Assembly (NCBI RefSeq): GCF_001194135.2
Contig: NC_068989.1
Span: 59,440,753 to 59,504,752 of the forward strand
Direction of reading: 5' to 3'
DNA length: 64,000 bases
Origin: Octopus bimaculoides
Taxonomy: Eukaryota
The notes under the pieces were generated by a model that saw only the letters and a list, made by a program, of their open reading frames with translations, was not told the origin of the DNA and searched no databases. How positions within the stretch are numbered: position 1 is the stretch's first letter; each line of letters begins with the position of its first letter. This document shows, one piece after another, positions 52,991 to 64,000 of the stretch. The position numbers were made by a program, and so were the translations under genes.

Positions 52991-53735
52991 ACTCAGTTTG
53001 AATCTTGCTTGCTTACGTGCGTTTACCCAGCCATACTGACGCATAATGGGAAAACACTATGAATTAATAGTGATCGCCAAGCCAACATGGCAGTCCCAAA
53101 ATTAGGACGGAAGCTGCCGCTGCCGTAGTCTCCTTTAGAGAGACTTAGAAATATTAATAACTCTATGAATTAAATTAGCCCTAAAATGTTAATACGAATG
53201 GAATGAAACAAGTTTCGCGTAAATCGGAGCAGTAGTCATTGAGATATTCGGGGTTTGGAGGTATAAATACCTAAAACTGTGCATAATGGTAAAATGTTCC
53301 AAATATAACTTCGTCCTGAAAGGGAAGAAACTCTAACCTTTCGATTAGACAGTGATTTGACAACGAAAAAATACGATTTGATTTTTTTTTACAGTAAACG
53401 TTTCTATTTTCGCTTTTATTAAACACAATATTTTTGTCATTTAGAAATATTTTTGACTGTGATTTCAAATATGTAACTTGTTTTCACAGTAAGTATTTAT
53501 ATTTTAGCTTTCTTTAAACAGAAAATATTTTAATGTTTTTTTAAAATTATTTTTAAGTGAATACCATTGCAAACATTTTTTTTTCTTTTTGTATATTTAA
53601 AATATATTCTACAGTGTTTATGACTTTAAAAATAGGGTAAATATTTCGTAAAAGACTCATTCGTAACCTCGGTCTGAAATAGTTTTTTTTTTCCATAGGT
53701 ATTTTTTTCGAGTGCATTCAACGTATCTCATCTCC

Positions 53736-53854
53736 AAAGATTTGGCTGCTATTTCTAGCACGTCCTGCTACCACGTAACAGCTATTTGCGATAAAGGACC
53801 TGAAATACCTGTTACGTGGTATCAGGGCGTGCAAGAAATAGCGGCCAAATCTTT
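53736..53854. repeat. Imperfect inverted repeat (52-bp arms, 15-nt loop)
   Basis: 47/52 complementary positions by hand. The arms resemble the gatttggctgctatttctagca repeat terminus also seen near 12150, 13865, 40615 and 43066. Confidence 0.85.
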
Positions 53855-56397
53855 CCTTTTGTGGAGGGAAAGGTGCCGTTTATGCGTGATTTCGATATCA
53901 CATTCGTTGAAAGTATGCGAAATAAACTGGAAAAGAAAAAACTCACGGAACAAAACACCGTTGCTGTGAAACTCGGAGTTTCCTGGTGACCTAAGGGGTC
54001 ACGAGTAGTCTAGTTTCCTTTATATTCCTCTTGATGCCTTCTGATACTGTTCCCAAGGACCCAACAATAATTGGCATTATCTTTATCTTCATTTTCCAGA
54101 GCCGGGCTATATATATACATTTATATATATATACATATATATATATNNNNNNNNNNNNNNNNNNNNNNNNNNNNNNNNNNNNNNNNNNNNNNNNNNNNNN
54201 NNNNNNNNNNNNNNNNNNNNNNNNNNNNNNNNNNNNNNNNNNNNNNNNNNNNNNNNNNNNNNNNNNNNNNNNNNNNNNNNNNNNNNNNNNNNNNNNNNNN
54301 NNNNNNNNNNNNNNNNNNNNNNNNNNNNNNNNNNNNNNNNNNNNNNNNNNNNNNNNNNNNNNNNNNNNNNNNNNNNNNNNNNNNNNNNNNNNNNNNNNNN
54401 NNNNNNNNNNNNNNNNNNNNNNNNNNNNNNNNNNNNNNNNNNNNNNNNNNNNNNNNNNNNNNNNNNNNNNNNNNNNNNNNNNNNNNNNNNNNNNNNNNNN
54501 NNNNNNNNNNNNNNNNNNNNNNNNNNNNNNNNNNNNNNNNNNNNNNNNNNNNNNNNNNNNNNNNNNNNNNNNNNNNNNNNNNNNNNNNNNNNNNNNNNNN
54601 NNNNNNNNNNNNNNNNNNNNNNNNNNNNNNNNNNNNNNNNNNNNNNNNNNNNNNNNNNNNNNNNNNNNNNNNNNNNNNNNNNNNNNNNNNNNNNNNNNNN
54701 NNNNNNNNNNNNNNNNNNNNNNNNNNNNNNNNNNNNNNNNNNNNNNNNNNNNNNNNNNNNNNNNNNNNNNNNNNNNNNNNNNNNNNNNNNNNNNNNNNNN
54801 NNNNNNGAAATTCTCAAAAAATAAACTCCATCAGGAATATAAGATTTTCTTTGTTCTCTAATCTCTGGAAACTGTGATTCGGAAGGAATTAAAACCAAAC
54901 GAAACCAAAAGTAAAACCATGTACCTTCAAATTGTGCTCCTTTTTCGTTATTTTTTCATAGATGTTTTTAGATATAAAAGAGAATGAGACAATCTGAATG
55001 TTCAACGATGAGTCAGTTTCCACAAAGATATCAAAGATTTAGCAAAAGATAAAATAAACTACACATTTAAGAATTTTTTCACGAAATCCTTTGAAAACTA
55101 GATTTCGTAGTTTTATTTTGTGAGATTAAAATTTACTATTATAGGTTCTGGAGTTTTTTTCTCCCCCTTCCATCTCGGTTTTAATTTTCTATTTTTTTTT
55201 TTTTTGGTGGGGGGTTAGTTCCAAAAAAAAAATTTGGAAAACCGACAAACATTGCTAAGCATTGAAATTTCAGCTATTCAATGAACCTCATTCACTTCAT
55301 ATACATTCATGCATGCATTTGTAAACATTTGTGTTCATTTCAAAGAAAAACTGTTAAATACAAAACTAACTATATCGACCAGTGTTAACTGCGCATGAAG
55401 AACTAAAAAGAGAAATATAAAAAAAAAATATTCCCCGTGAGCTTCGGTGGAGGCGGTGTACAAGTAATTAACTTTGATAAACAGTGGCTGTTGTAGTAGC
55501 GGAAAACTATGCAGAGTGAAGCGACAGTGCATCTGTGGAACGAGTCTTCGCCAATCACATGGATTTTGTTTTTATGGTGCCTAGTAGTATGTGTGTGCGC
55601 GCGCGCGTGTATGTGGCAATATTTGTTGTTGTTATTGCTGCTGCTACTGCTGCTGTTATGGCTGTGCCTAGTAGTTGTTAGTTACAGTACATTGTGGTAT
55701 GTTAGAAATCTTCAGTTTATGTGTTCATGCTTTGGAGTTGCTAAGCAATGTTTAAACTTGTTTAGTACGTGAAGGTTGAGAGTGAGTGAGTGAGCGAGTG
55801 AGTGAGTGAGTGAGTGAGTAAGTGAGACAGTGAGTGAGTGAGTGAGTAGTAGGTGAATGAATAAGAGGTGACAAAGCGAGATAGAAATAAAGAAATAACT
55901 TTAAATAAATTTTAAAGCAGTTTTTAAAAAAAGCAAAAACATTTCAACTTTAATTGTATTCAGTCGAAAATGCTAATTCTAAAATAATTGCGTGGGGAAA
56001 GAATTTTACCAATTTTCCTCCGGAACTTTGACCTTCCACAGAAACTCCTTCATCAAAATTAGTTACATTTCCTGAATTATCTTAGTTTTAATTAAAATTT
56101 TCGTTTTTATGTATTTCACCTGCCACATTAATAGTGCTGACGTCAAAGGCTGTTAATAATAAAATTAGCTTCATTTACTTTACAAAATGCAGATAGTTGT
56201 TTTGAAAACTTGCTGATTCATGAAAGTAATGCTTTGTTTCCGCTGTCGTTTGAGTAAACGGTTCATCCAAATCCTATCAGAATCGCTATGATGATTCGGT
56301 CTCTGCAAATACAAATGTATTTAAAAAAGACCATCTTTTTCCTATTTAAAGACTTGGTAAGGGAGAGGTTTGCAATAATAACTACTGAGTCACTTCA

Positions 56398-56619
56398 ATT
56401 TCTTTATTGCCCACAAGGGGCTAAACTTAGAGGGGACAAACAAAGAGGTTAAGATGATTACATCGACCCCAGTGCGTAACTGGTACTTAATTTATCGACC
56501 CCGAAAAGATGAAAGGCAAAGTCGACCTCGGCGGAATTTGAACTCAGAACGTAACGGCAGACGAAATACCGCTAAGCATTTCGCCCGTTGTGCTAACGTT
56601 TCTGCCAGCTCGCCGCCTT
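56398..56619 (-). mobile_element. Full-length SINE family A copy, CpG-intact, tail type 1
   Basis: aaggcggcgagctggcagaaacgttagcac...ggcgaaatgcttagcgg...ttcaaattccgccgaggtcgac...tttgtcccctctaagtttagccccttgtgggcaataaagaa. Confidence 0.9.
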
Positions 56620-57344
56620 CATGAACAACTGAGTCACTTCACCTCACAATTTACAGTTATGTAACAGTAATCAGTTCTTCAGCTACAACAAACTTCACAC
56701 ATATTTTACAATAACAGATTACTTCAGTACCAAACTAATATATTTTCATTTTTCAACGGATCCACTACGAGTTACTAACTCATTTAGGAGCCATCGAGGA
56801 ATCAAAGCTATTTTATAAAGTTATACGTTGGAAACTGTCTTAGATACATTATGCCTGAAATTAAATAGAGATTGTCAGTTGGAATGTTTTAGGGCACATG
56901 TATGCTTAATGAAGGCTTATTGGGAGCTAAAAAATGGTAACGATATGGCGTAGTCATTAGACCGGGATGAAGTATTGTAAACTTGCATCAAATAAATCAT
57001 TCCAATGATGGCATCATTGGATGGTGTGAGAATGTCTAAAGCAATGTCGTGTAACTATACAGAAGACTAAAGGAGTTGGGAAATCTTTGAGCATGTTAAA
57101 AGTCAGTCTAGCGATTCACGATACCGATCGGCGTGGGATTACCTCTCGCGGTAATTGCAAGTCCACTGACTTGTCTTGGTTTCTGGTTGTATGTACAAAT
57201 GTGATATATTCCTTCAGTATGGCGCTAACCTAACTTTTCTACTGCATTTAAATGAACTTCTATCACTCACTTGCAAGTTACAAACATAACTTTACATAAA
57301 GTCTAAATCATTCTGTTACCTATTTTCAATATTAGTTCATTTCA

Positions 57345-57750
57345 AAATGGCGGCCAGTTGGCAGAATCGTTAGCACACCAAGTAAGATGCTTAGCGGCAT
57401 TTCGTACGTCTTTACGTCCTTAGTTCAAATTCCACTCTGAGATCGACTTTTGCCTTTCATCCTTTTTGGGTCGATAAAATAATTACCAGATGAGCATTTG
57501 GGTTGATGTATCGACTTACCTCCTGCTAAAATTTGAAACCCAAGACAGCGAGCTGGGAAAAATGCTCAGCCGGGGAAAATGCTCAGTGGCATTTCGTCCG
57601 TCTTTCCGTTCTGAGTTCAAATGCCGCCGAGGTTGACTTTGCCTTTCATCTTTTCGGAGTCGATAAAATAAGTACCAGTTTGAGTACTGGGGCCGATGTA
57701 ATGGACTTGACCCTCCCTCAAACTTGCTGGCTTTGTGCAATAATTTTAAA
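57345..57750 (+). mobile_element. Head-to-tail dimer of SINE family A
   Basis: Two copies (~57345-57545 and ~57548-57750), each ending ...aaat/aattt.gaaacc. Confidence 0.8.
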
Positions 57751-59776
57751 CCAATATCAGCTCATTTACTACCTCTATCTTCTTCACAAATTACCAACTC
57801 GCCCTAAATCATTTTTTTTTATTTCACATCAATCTCAGACTTTTCTTTAATTTCAGCCATTACCTATCAATCTTCTCTATAATTAATTTCGCAGTCTCTC
57901 CCACATTGTACTCACTCCCTCTTCATCATATTCTCCACAATATTTTTCTTTTTGTCCTATTCTACTATTATCCTATTATTCTATTATTTACCGAATACTT
58001 CGTCGAGTGTTAAATAGTGACGTATGCTTTAAAGGGAGATGGGCTCGACTAGACTGACTTCCCTTAAATATTCTCCATAGAAACTAACTCTTCTCTAGTG
58101 TTTTCAACAAAGACATTCCTCGGTGCTTCATCAGCTGCTAATTAGTGATTAGCAACATAAATACCTCTCAGTTTTGATTCATTCTTCTCTAGGTGTGGGT
58201 AACGAATTTTTTAGGACTTCTCGCTTAGTGCAATTTACACAATATTAAAACATTTGTTCATAAATTGACTTATAACAGTTACCGTTCCTTTAACAATAAA
58301 TACATAGTTAACTGATTTGCGTAACCAATCGACTCCAGTTCACATATGCAATTTTTAGAATCATGAAGTTCACTATATCCAGTGTGCCGCCCAGTAAACT
58401 TCAGAAACCATGTCTTCATGACAAAACCAATTGCTTACTTGATAAGATATATTTAGTTTCGTACAACAGTTAGCATTATCAATATATTTGTCGTTGTATT
58501 CCGATCATGCTATGGTTTATGTACCTTGACTGTTGAGTTATCTCCAAATAGATGGTGGCTTTAACGGAAAAAATACGTTGTTATTTGTGAACTTCAGGAA
58601 GAAATTTAAACACTTTTGTTGTGTGTTTATCAGAATAAAATCTTATATTAGGAAGATTGTGTGGAAATGGCTTCACTGAGATGAAGCCGTAGCTGCAACA
58701 ACTATTTTTATGTTTCAGACAACAACTGGTTGCGAAACCAATTCTGTTCAAGAATCGGTTTTTGGTTTGTTGTTAATCATTTGCAACTTAACGATTTCTG
58801 GAATAGAGGGAAAAGATTCGCAAGGAAGGAATTGTGTGAATAAAGTCTTGGAAAAAGGAATCAAATTAGAATACTTTAGTGTTGAAAATGTTAAAATGAG
58901 AGGAAGTAGAGGTGAAGAAATAATAGTCTGAACAGTAACAGTAAAAACCTATCAGATACAAAAAAAAAAACCTCGTCTCTTCCTACTTACGGTGAAAAAG
59001 TATATGCAGAGCAGAGAGCGATTAAAAGAGAAAAATAGAGGGGGGGGCGCGTCAGATGGGAAAATGAGAAAAAGAATGAATAAGAGTAAAAGAATGGGGA
59101 AGCATGAACGTAAAGGAGAGCGTCGAGACAAAACTAAAGAAATAATAGAGATGTTGAGACTATGTAGATGTGAGCGAGTTGAGGAACGAGTGAATAGCGT
59201 AAAGGCAAATGATAAAAGCAGAAAGTGTTACAGGAAGAGGAAGGTAGAACAGGCGTATGTGCATGGCATGATCAATATTTAAAAGACGGTGTCTGAGGAA
59301 GGTGTAGTGAGATGAGGCTGGGGCAGGAGACCAAAAATCAATACTGTTGTCTCAGCCAGCATTCGTAGATATTTCATAGTTTGGTCGCTATGGCAACACT
59401 TTTTCTCTTTCAGAGGAATTTACACTTCCTCCTATAATGTTCTTTACGCGTTCACACTTTTGTCTGGAGATAAAGTGCAGCAGAGCTGCTTCAATACAGT
59501 CTACTGTTGACATATAATATATAAAAGTCAAAGATTGATATACGAGCAGACGATTAATGAAAATTAGTGATTAATATATCCACCATAAGCTATCAGATCT
59601 CATCTAATTCTATAGTGGAAGAATGCCAGTACGTTTGCTGGAAATACTAAATATTTTCTGCTGATAGCGCTATTTCTGTGAAAACACTTGTTACGTAAAA
59701 AGTCTACAATCCTGTCTTCTATCATGTCTATACGTTAGACATATGTGTATATATATATATAAACACATACACACTG

Positions 59777-59807
<31 letters not shown>

Positions 59808-60384
59808 TGTATGTATGTATTATGCATGTATGTCACATGCATATGTACGTATAGACACGTACGCACTCACACTTAAACACGCATCCAGCCATACTGTTAT
59901 GTATGTTTGTGTATAGGTGGGGACATGCATATGTATACGTGCGTCATATATGCATATCATATATTTATATGGATATCTACGCACATTATAAGTGTATATA
60001 TATATATATATNNNNNNNNNNTATGTGTGTGTGTGTGTGTGTGTGTGTGTATACACACACATTTTTACACATATATATCATATATGCATGTCTATGTATG
60101 TAAGTGCGTGCTTCATGCTTCATTCTCTGTGTGTGTATATGTATATATAGATACGGACATACATACGTACATACACACGCGCGCACATACACATACGCTC
60201 AGACGCACACGCACAGACACTCACACACACACATGCACACACACACGCACACCCATGTTGCATACGAAGACAGCTGAAAATGTTTTCACTCTGCCTACAG
60301 TTCGACAATGAAAGTTATAAAAAGCTAATTTAACTGTAAATTTGCTTCAAGTTCTGTAATACACGCTGATATGTATGTGTGTAT

Positions 60385-60600
60385 ATGTTGTGTATCTGTG
60401 TTTGTCCCCCCAACATCGCTTGACAACCGATGCTGGTGTGTTTAGGACCCCGTAACTTAGCGGTTCGGCAAAAAGAGACCGATAGAATAAGTACTAGGCT
60501 TACAAAGAATAAGTCCTGGGGTCGATTTGATTCGACTAAAGGCGGTGTTCCAGCATGGCCGCAGTCAAATGACTGAAACAAGTAAAAGAATAAAAGAATA
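60385..60600 (+). mobile_element. SINE family C copy, well preserved
   Basis: gtcccccaacatcgcttgacaaccgatgctggtgtg...aagagaccgatagaataagtac...cagcatggccgcagtcaaatgactgaaacaagtaaaaga. Confidence 0.8.
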
Positions 60601-61220
60601 TATATATATATATATATATAAAATATATAGCTTTAGGGAAAATAACCAAGTTTCAAGAACTTATCGATGAAAATCCACTATCACATATAGAAAAATTAAT
60701 AATTAAAAGCACAATAAATGAGTATAATATANNNNNNNNNNNNNNNNNNNNNNNNNNNNNNNNNNNNNNNNNNNNNNNNNNNNNNNNNNNNNNNNNNNNN
60801 NNNNNNNNNNNNNNNNNNNNNNNNNNNNNNNNNNNNNNNNNNNNNNNNNNNNNNNNNNNNNNNNNNNNNNNNNNNNNNNNNNNNNNNNNNNNNNNNNNNN
60901 NNNNNNNNNNNNNNNNNNNNNNNNNNNNNNNNNNNNNNNNNNNNNNNNNNNNNNNNNNNNNNNNNNNNNNNNNNNNNNNNNNNNNNNNNNNNNNNNNNNN
61001 NNNNNNNNNNNNNNNNNNNNNNNNNNNNNNNNNNNNNNNNNNNNNNNNNNNNNNNNNNNNNNNNNNNNNNNNNNNNNNNNNNNNNNNNNNNNNNNNNNNN
61101 NNNNNNNNNNNNNNNNNNNNNNNNNNNNNNNNNNNNNNNNNNNNNNNNNNNNNNNNNNNNNNNNNNNNNNNNNNNNNNNNNNNNNNNNNNNNNNNNNNNN
61201 NNNNNNNNNNNNNNNNNNNN

Positions 61221-61263
<43 letters not shown>

Positions 61264-61299
61264 TCAACATTTTCAAGCTTATACCAGAGTTTCTGTCAA

Positions 61300-62345
61300 A
61301 ACTTAGTATATCTCTGGCACAGAGTGACAGTATTCCATTCTCTCGTGTCCTGTATCACTATTACTCCTTTCCGGCACTGTCACAGTAGTTTGTATACCTC
61401 TAGTAACAAGATGCACTTTCCACACATGATGGCCTCTGGTGGAATGTCATCCAATCTTGGTGCTTTGCCCGTGGAAAGACAATTATTAGCCTTACGCAGT
61501 TCTTTAGTAGTTGGCAGTGTGTCTAGTTCCTCCATCACTGGCAGGTGTCCCACAGAAGCTAGCACTCTGTTCAAGCTGGTGTTTCTTATGAAACTGAGTT
61601 CAGGGTAATGCTCTACCGATCTTTTCATCTGCTTGTCTTTGTCTTTTATGGTCTCACCTGTTATGGTTTTAAGAGCTGCTGTCTTGTTCATGGCTACGCT
61701 GAACCACTCATACACACCATGGATGTCACCTGTGCCAAACGATGCTTGAATAGCTTTGCATGGGTATTGTCAACTGTCCTAGCGTCTAAGCGTTTTCTGG
61801 GTCTTGTATTTTGTTGTTTTTAATGCTTGCAAGATTGCCTAGGCGAGGTAGCATTTAAGTTCAAGTAGTGTAGCATACTTCACCTAGATGACAGCAGCGA
61901 GTTTGCTTGAACTTGCTCCAAGATAGTCCTGTGTCTTACCCCGTTTTTGACGAAAGGTATTCAGTGAGATACTGTAGATGATATCTCTGAGAGAATCTGA
62001 TCTGTGCATTTCTGTGTGGTGGGTCTGCAGAGAGGGTGTCTTTCAGTAAATGGATGGAATCTGCCCATTTGTCTGCATGCAGTGTCATAGTAACATTAAT
62101 GTACAACTTGCCGGATGGTGTCATATAGTGCACTTTCTTTGGTTGAAGTTTACTCTTGCAGCGAGTGATCTGAGTCACATTCGGCACTCTGCAAGGATCG
62201 AGTCAGAAACACACTTCTGAAAGGACGATATCTTATAAATATTTGGCATTTGGTGCCAGTATTTGTAAAAGCGATATCTCCAAAAACACTCTGAAAGTAA
62301 GTGTTGGTGTCCATTGAGTGTGCAAAACTCAAGCAGCAGTTATCC
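61300..62345 (-). mobile_element. RTE-clade LINE fragment (APE endonuclease C-terminus to RT N-terminus)
   Basis: TNTYF...TRSLQSAECDSDHSL (APE final SDH motif), then KLQPKK, then LPVMEELDTLPTTKELRKA...LSTGKAPRLDDIPPE (the GKAPG.DGIP.E motif before RT). Frameshifted, and cut on the left by an assembly gap. Confidence 0.85.
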
Positions 62346-62361
62346 ATTGTCATTTGTGTAA

Positions 62362-62490
62362 CTGCTATCGACCCCAAAGGATGAAAGGTAAAGTCGAGCT
62401 CGATGGAATTTGAATTCAGAACGTAAAGACGGACTAAATGCCGCAAAGCATTTGGCCCGGCATGTTAACGATTCTGCTAGCTGGCGGCCT
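62362..62490 (-). mobile_element. SINE family A 5' half, inserted at the RTE fragment boundary
   Basis: atcgaccccaaaggatgaaaggtaaagtcgag...ttctgctagctggcggcctt. Confidence 0.8.
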
Positions 62491-63373
62491 TATCTTTACC
62501 ATTTTAATATTGTTATGCATCTTATAATACCGAACTATATCTACTTTATGACCTAAAGAATTTTATCGTGCTATTGTTCAAATCTCACTAGCACACGGGA
62601 AATTTATACACAGCAGAGTAAGCTTCTTGCCCGTGAACACGATGTCCGAATGAAAACACTGGAGCTCTCTTCTGGAGTCTTTGTATTATCAATAAATTTT
62701 CTTGGAAATTATTTCAGCCTAACGTAACACTGCAGAATATGTTCGGATTCGAATCATAGATACAATAATGTCAGAGTTTTTGTTTTGTTTTTGTCTATAG
62801 ACATGAGTACTGGGCGTTTTACAGTTTTAAGACATAGTGTACTTGAATTTGAATCATCATCTTGAGTGACTGAATAAGTCCTAAAGTGTTGAAAATGTGG
62901 TTAGGAAAACGAAATAAATGTAGAGAAGTCATCGTAGTCTATAACTCAACAGTTAAATATTACAATTAATGATTATCGAACACCAAGACTCGATAGACTT
63001 CTAACAGTAAAGGTCTTGAATATCAATTTTTGCCTTTCTAATAGTCGTCTACTCAACCATTAGCAATAAAGAACTTCGATGAGACGAAAGTTGTTGAAAC
63101 TACGTCAGAGGATTTGTAGAGAACTTTACTTTCACATAGTGCCTACTTAAACGAGATGAATTAGTATTGACATCACTTTATATATACCTTCGCATCTGTG
63201 TCCTTCGACGCGATTACATTTGAGCATGCATCTAAATTTGTTGGTTTTGCTTGTTGTCTGCAATAATATTTTTAAACACACATCTAACAATCTCCAAAAA
63301 TACTGACACTATATTCTTTCAACCAGATCAAGACATTCATTTTCTATTTGTCAAAGAATATTTGTTGGTAAAC

Positions 63374-63694
63374 CAGTGGTTCTCAATCATTGTTTTACCT
63401 CTGGACCCCTTTGATTGCTATTTTACTCTGGTGGACCTCATAGACATTCGATATTTAAAAACGAGTTTTATATAATCTTCTTTAAAAATTCCTATTTTGT
63501 TTTTCACACATTAACTTGTATAGGCTGAACTATATAAAACATTTGAGAAAGAAATATTGCTGTTTCTTGCAATAAATACATCTAAAGCAAAAATGTTTCA
63601 AGGGCCCTAAACGAACTACTGTGAGTCCCTAATTTACTACTTTGCTTGCATGGACCTCCGAGGGGGTCATATGGACCTTGCTTGAGAACCACTG
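63374..63694. mobile_element. hAT-type MITE, second copy
   Basis: TIRs cagtggttctcaatc / cttgagaaccactg. The interior is homologous to 40832-41162. No TSD is preserved. Confidence 0.75.
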
Positions 63695-64000
63695 CTCTAT
63701 ATGGCTATATATAGTAATAAATAGAGTATATATGGAAGTAAATAGTGTACATATGGTAGTAAATATATCCGTATATAGTAATACATAGAGGTAATACATA
63801 GAGTTATGTATTGCTGAGTGATTCAAACACTTAGTATCTTGCCATTGTACCCAGGTTTCGCGAGAAAATACAACACAAGATGTTAACAGTAACAATACAA
63901 TTTAAGCCAATTGTGTCTTCTAATTTAATTTAATACTAAGTTCAGTTCATTCTGACCTGGATCGCATAAAGGAAAATATCATTTAAATTATTAATGATAT

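Noticed and set aside
54031-54898. The longest ORFs in the track (260-296 aa; also 33727-34320, 49336-50116 and 60653-61608)
   Set aside because: They stay open only because they run through N gaps.

Overview
This is AT-rich, microsatellite-dense animal genomic DNA with seven N-gaps. It is not prokaryotic and has no CRISPR array, rRNA or operons. The SINE families and repeat landscape point to a cephalopod, most likely Octopus (inference from recalled repeat families; no search run). The one firmly identified gene is the 3' end of a myosin-Id-like gene on the + strand: five GT-AG exons from 2966 to 14380 that splice in frame into the TH1 (PH-like) tail. Between about 13 and 28 kb the - strand carries a phase-compatible chain of candidate exons for a second gene I cannot identify, which may interlock with the myosin 3' end. 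CpG is visibly depleted up to about 35 kb and retained beyond it. The rest is transposon debris: tRNA-derived SINEs, Penelope-like, RTE, CR1/Jockey-like and R4/Dong-like retroelements, mariner, maT and Tigger remnants, and MITEs. The most unusual items are a perfect 120-bp spacer-less palindrome (26400-26519) and a ~730-bp ORF-bearing insert flanked by direct repeats (37145-37906) whose 3' tail matches that of one SINE subfamily. I found no convincing evidence of a wholly new multi-gene system.
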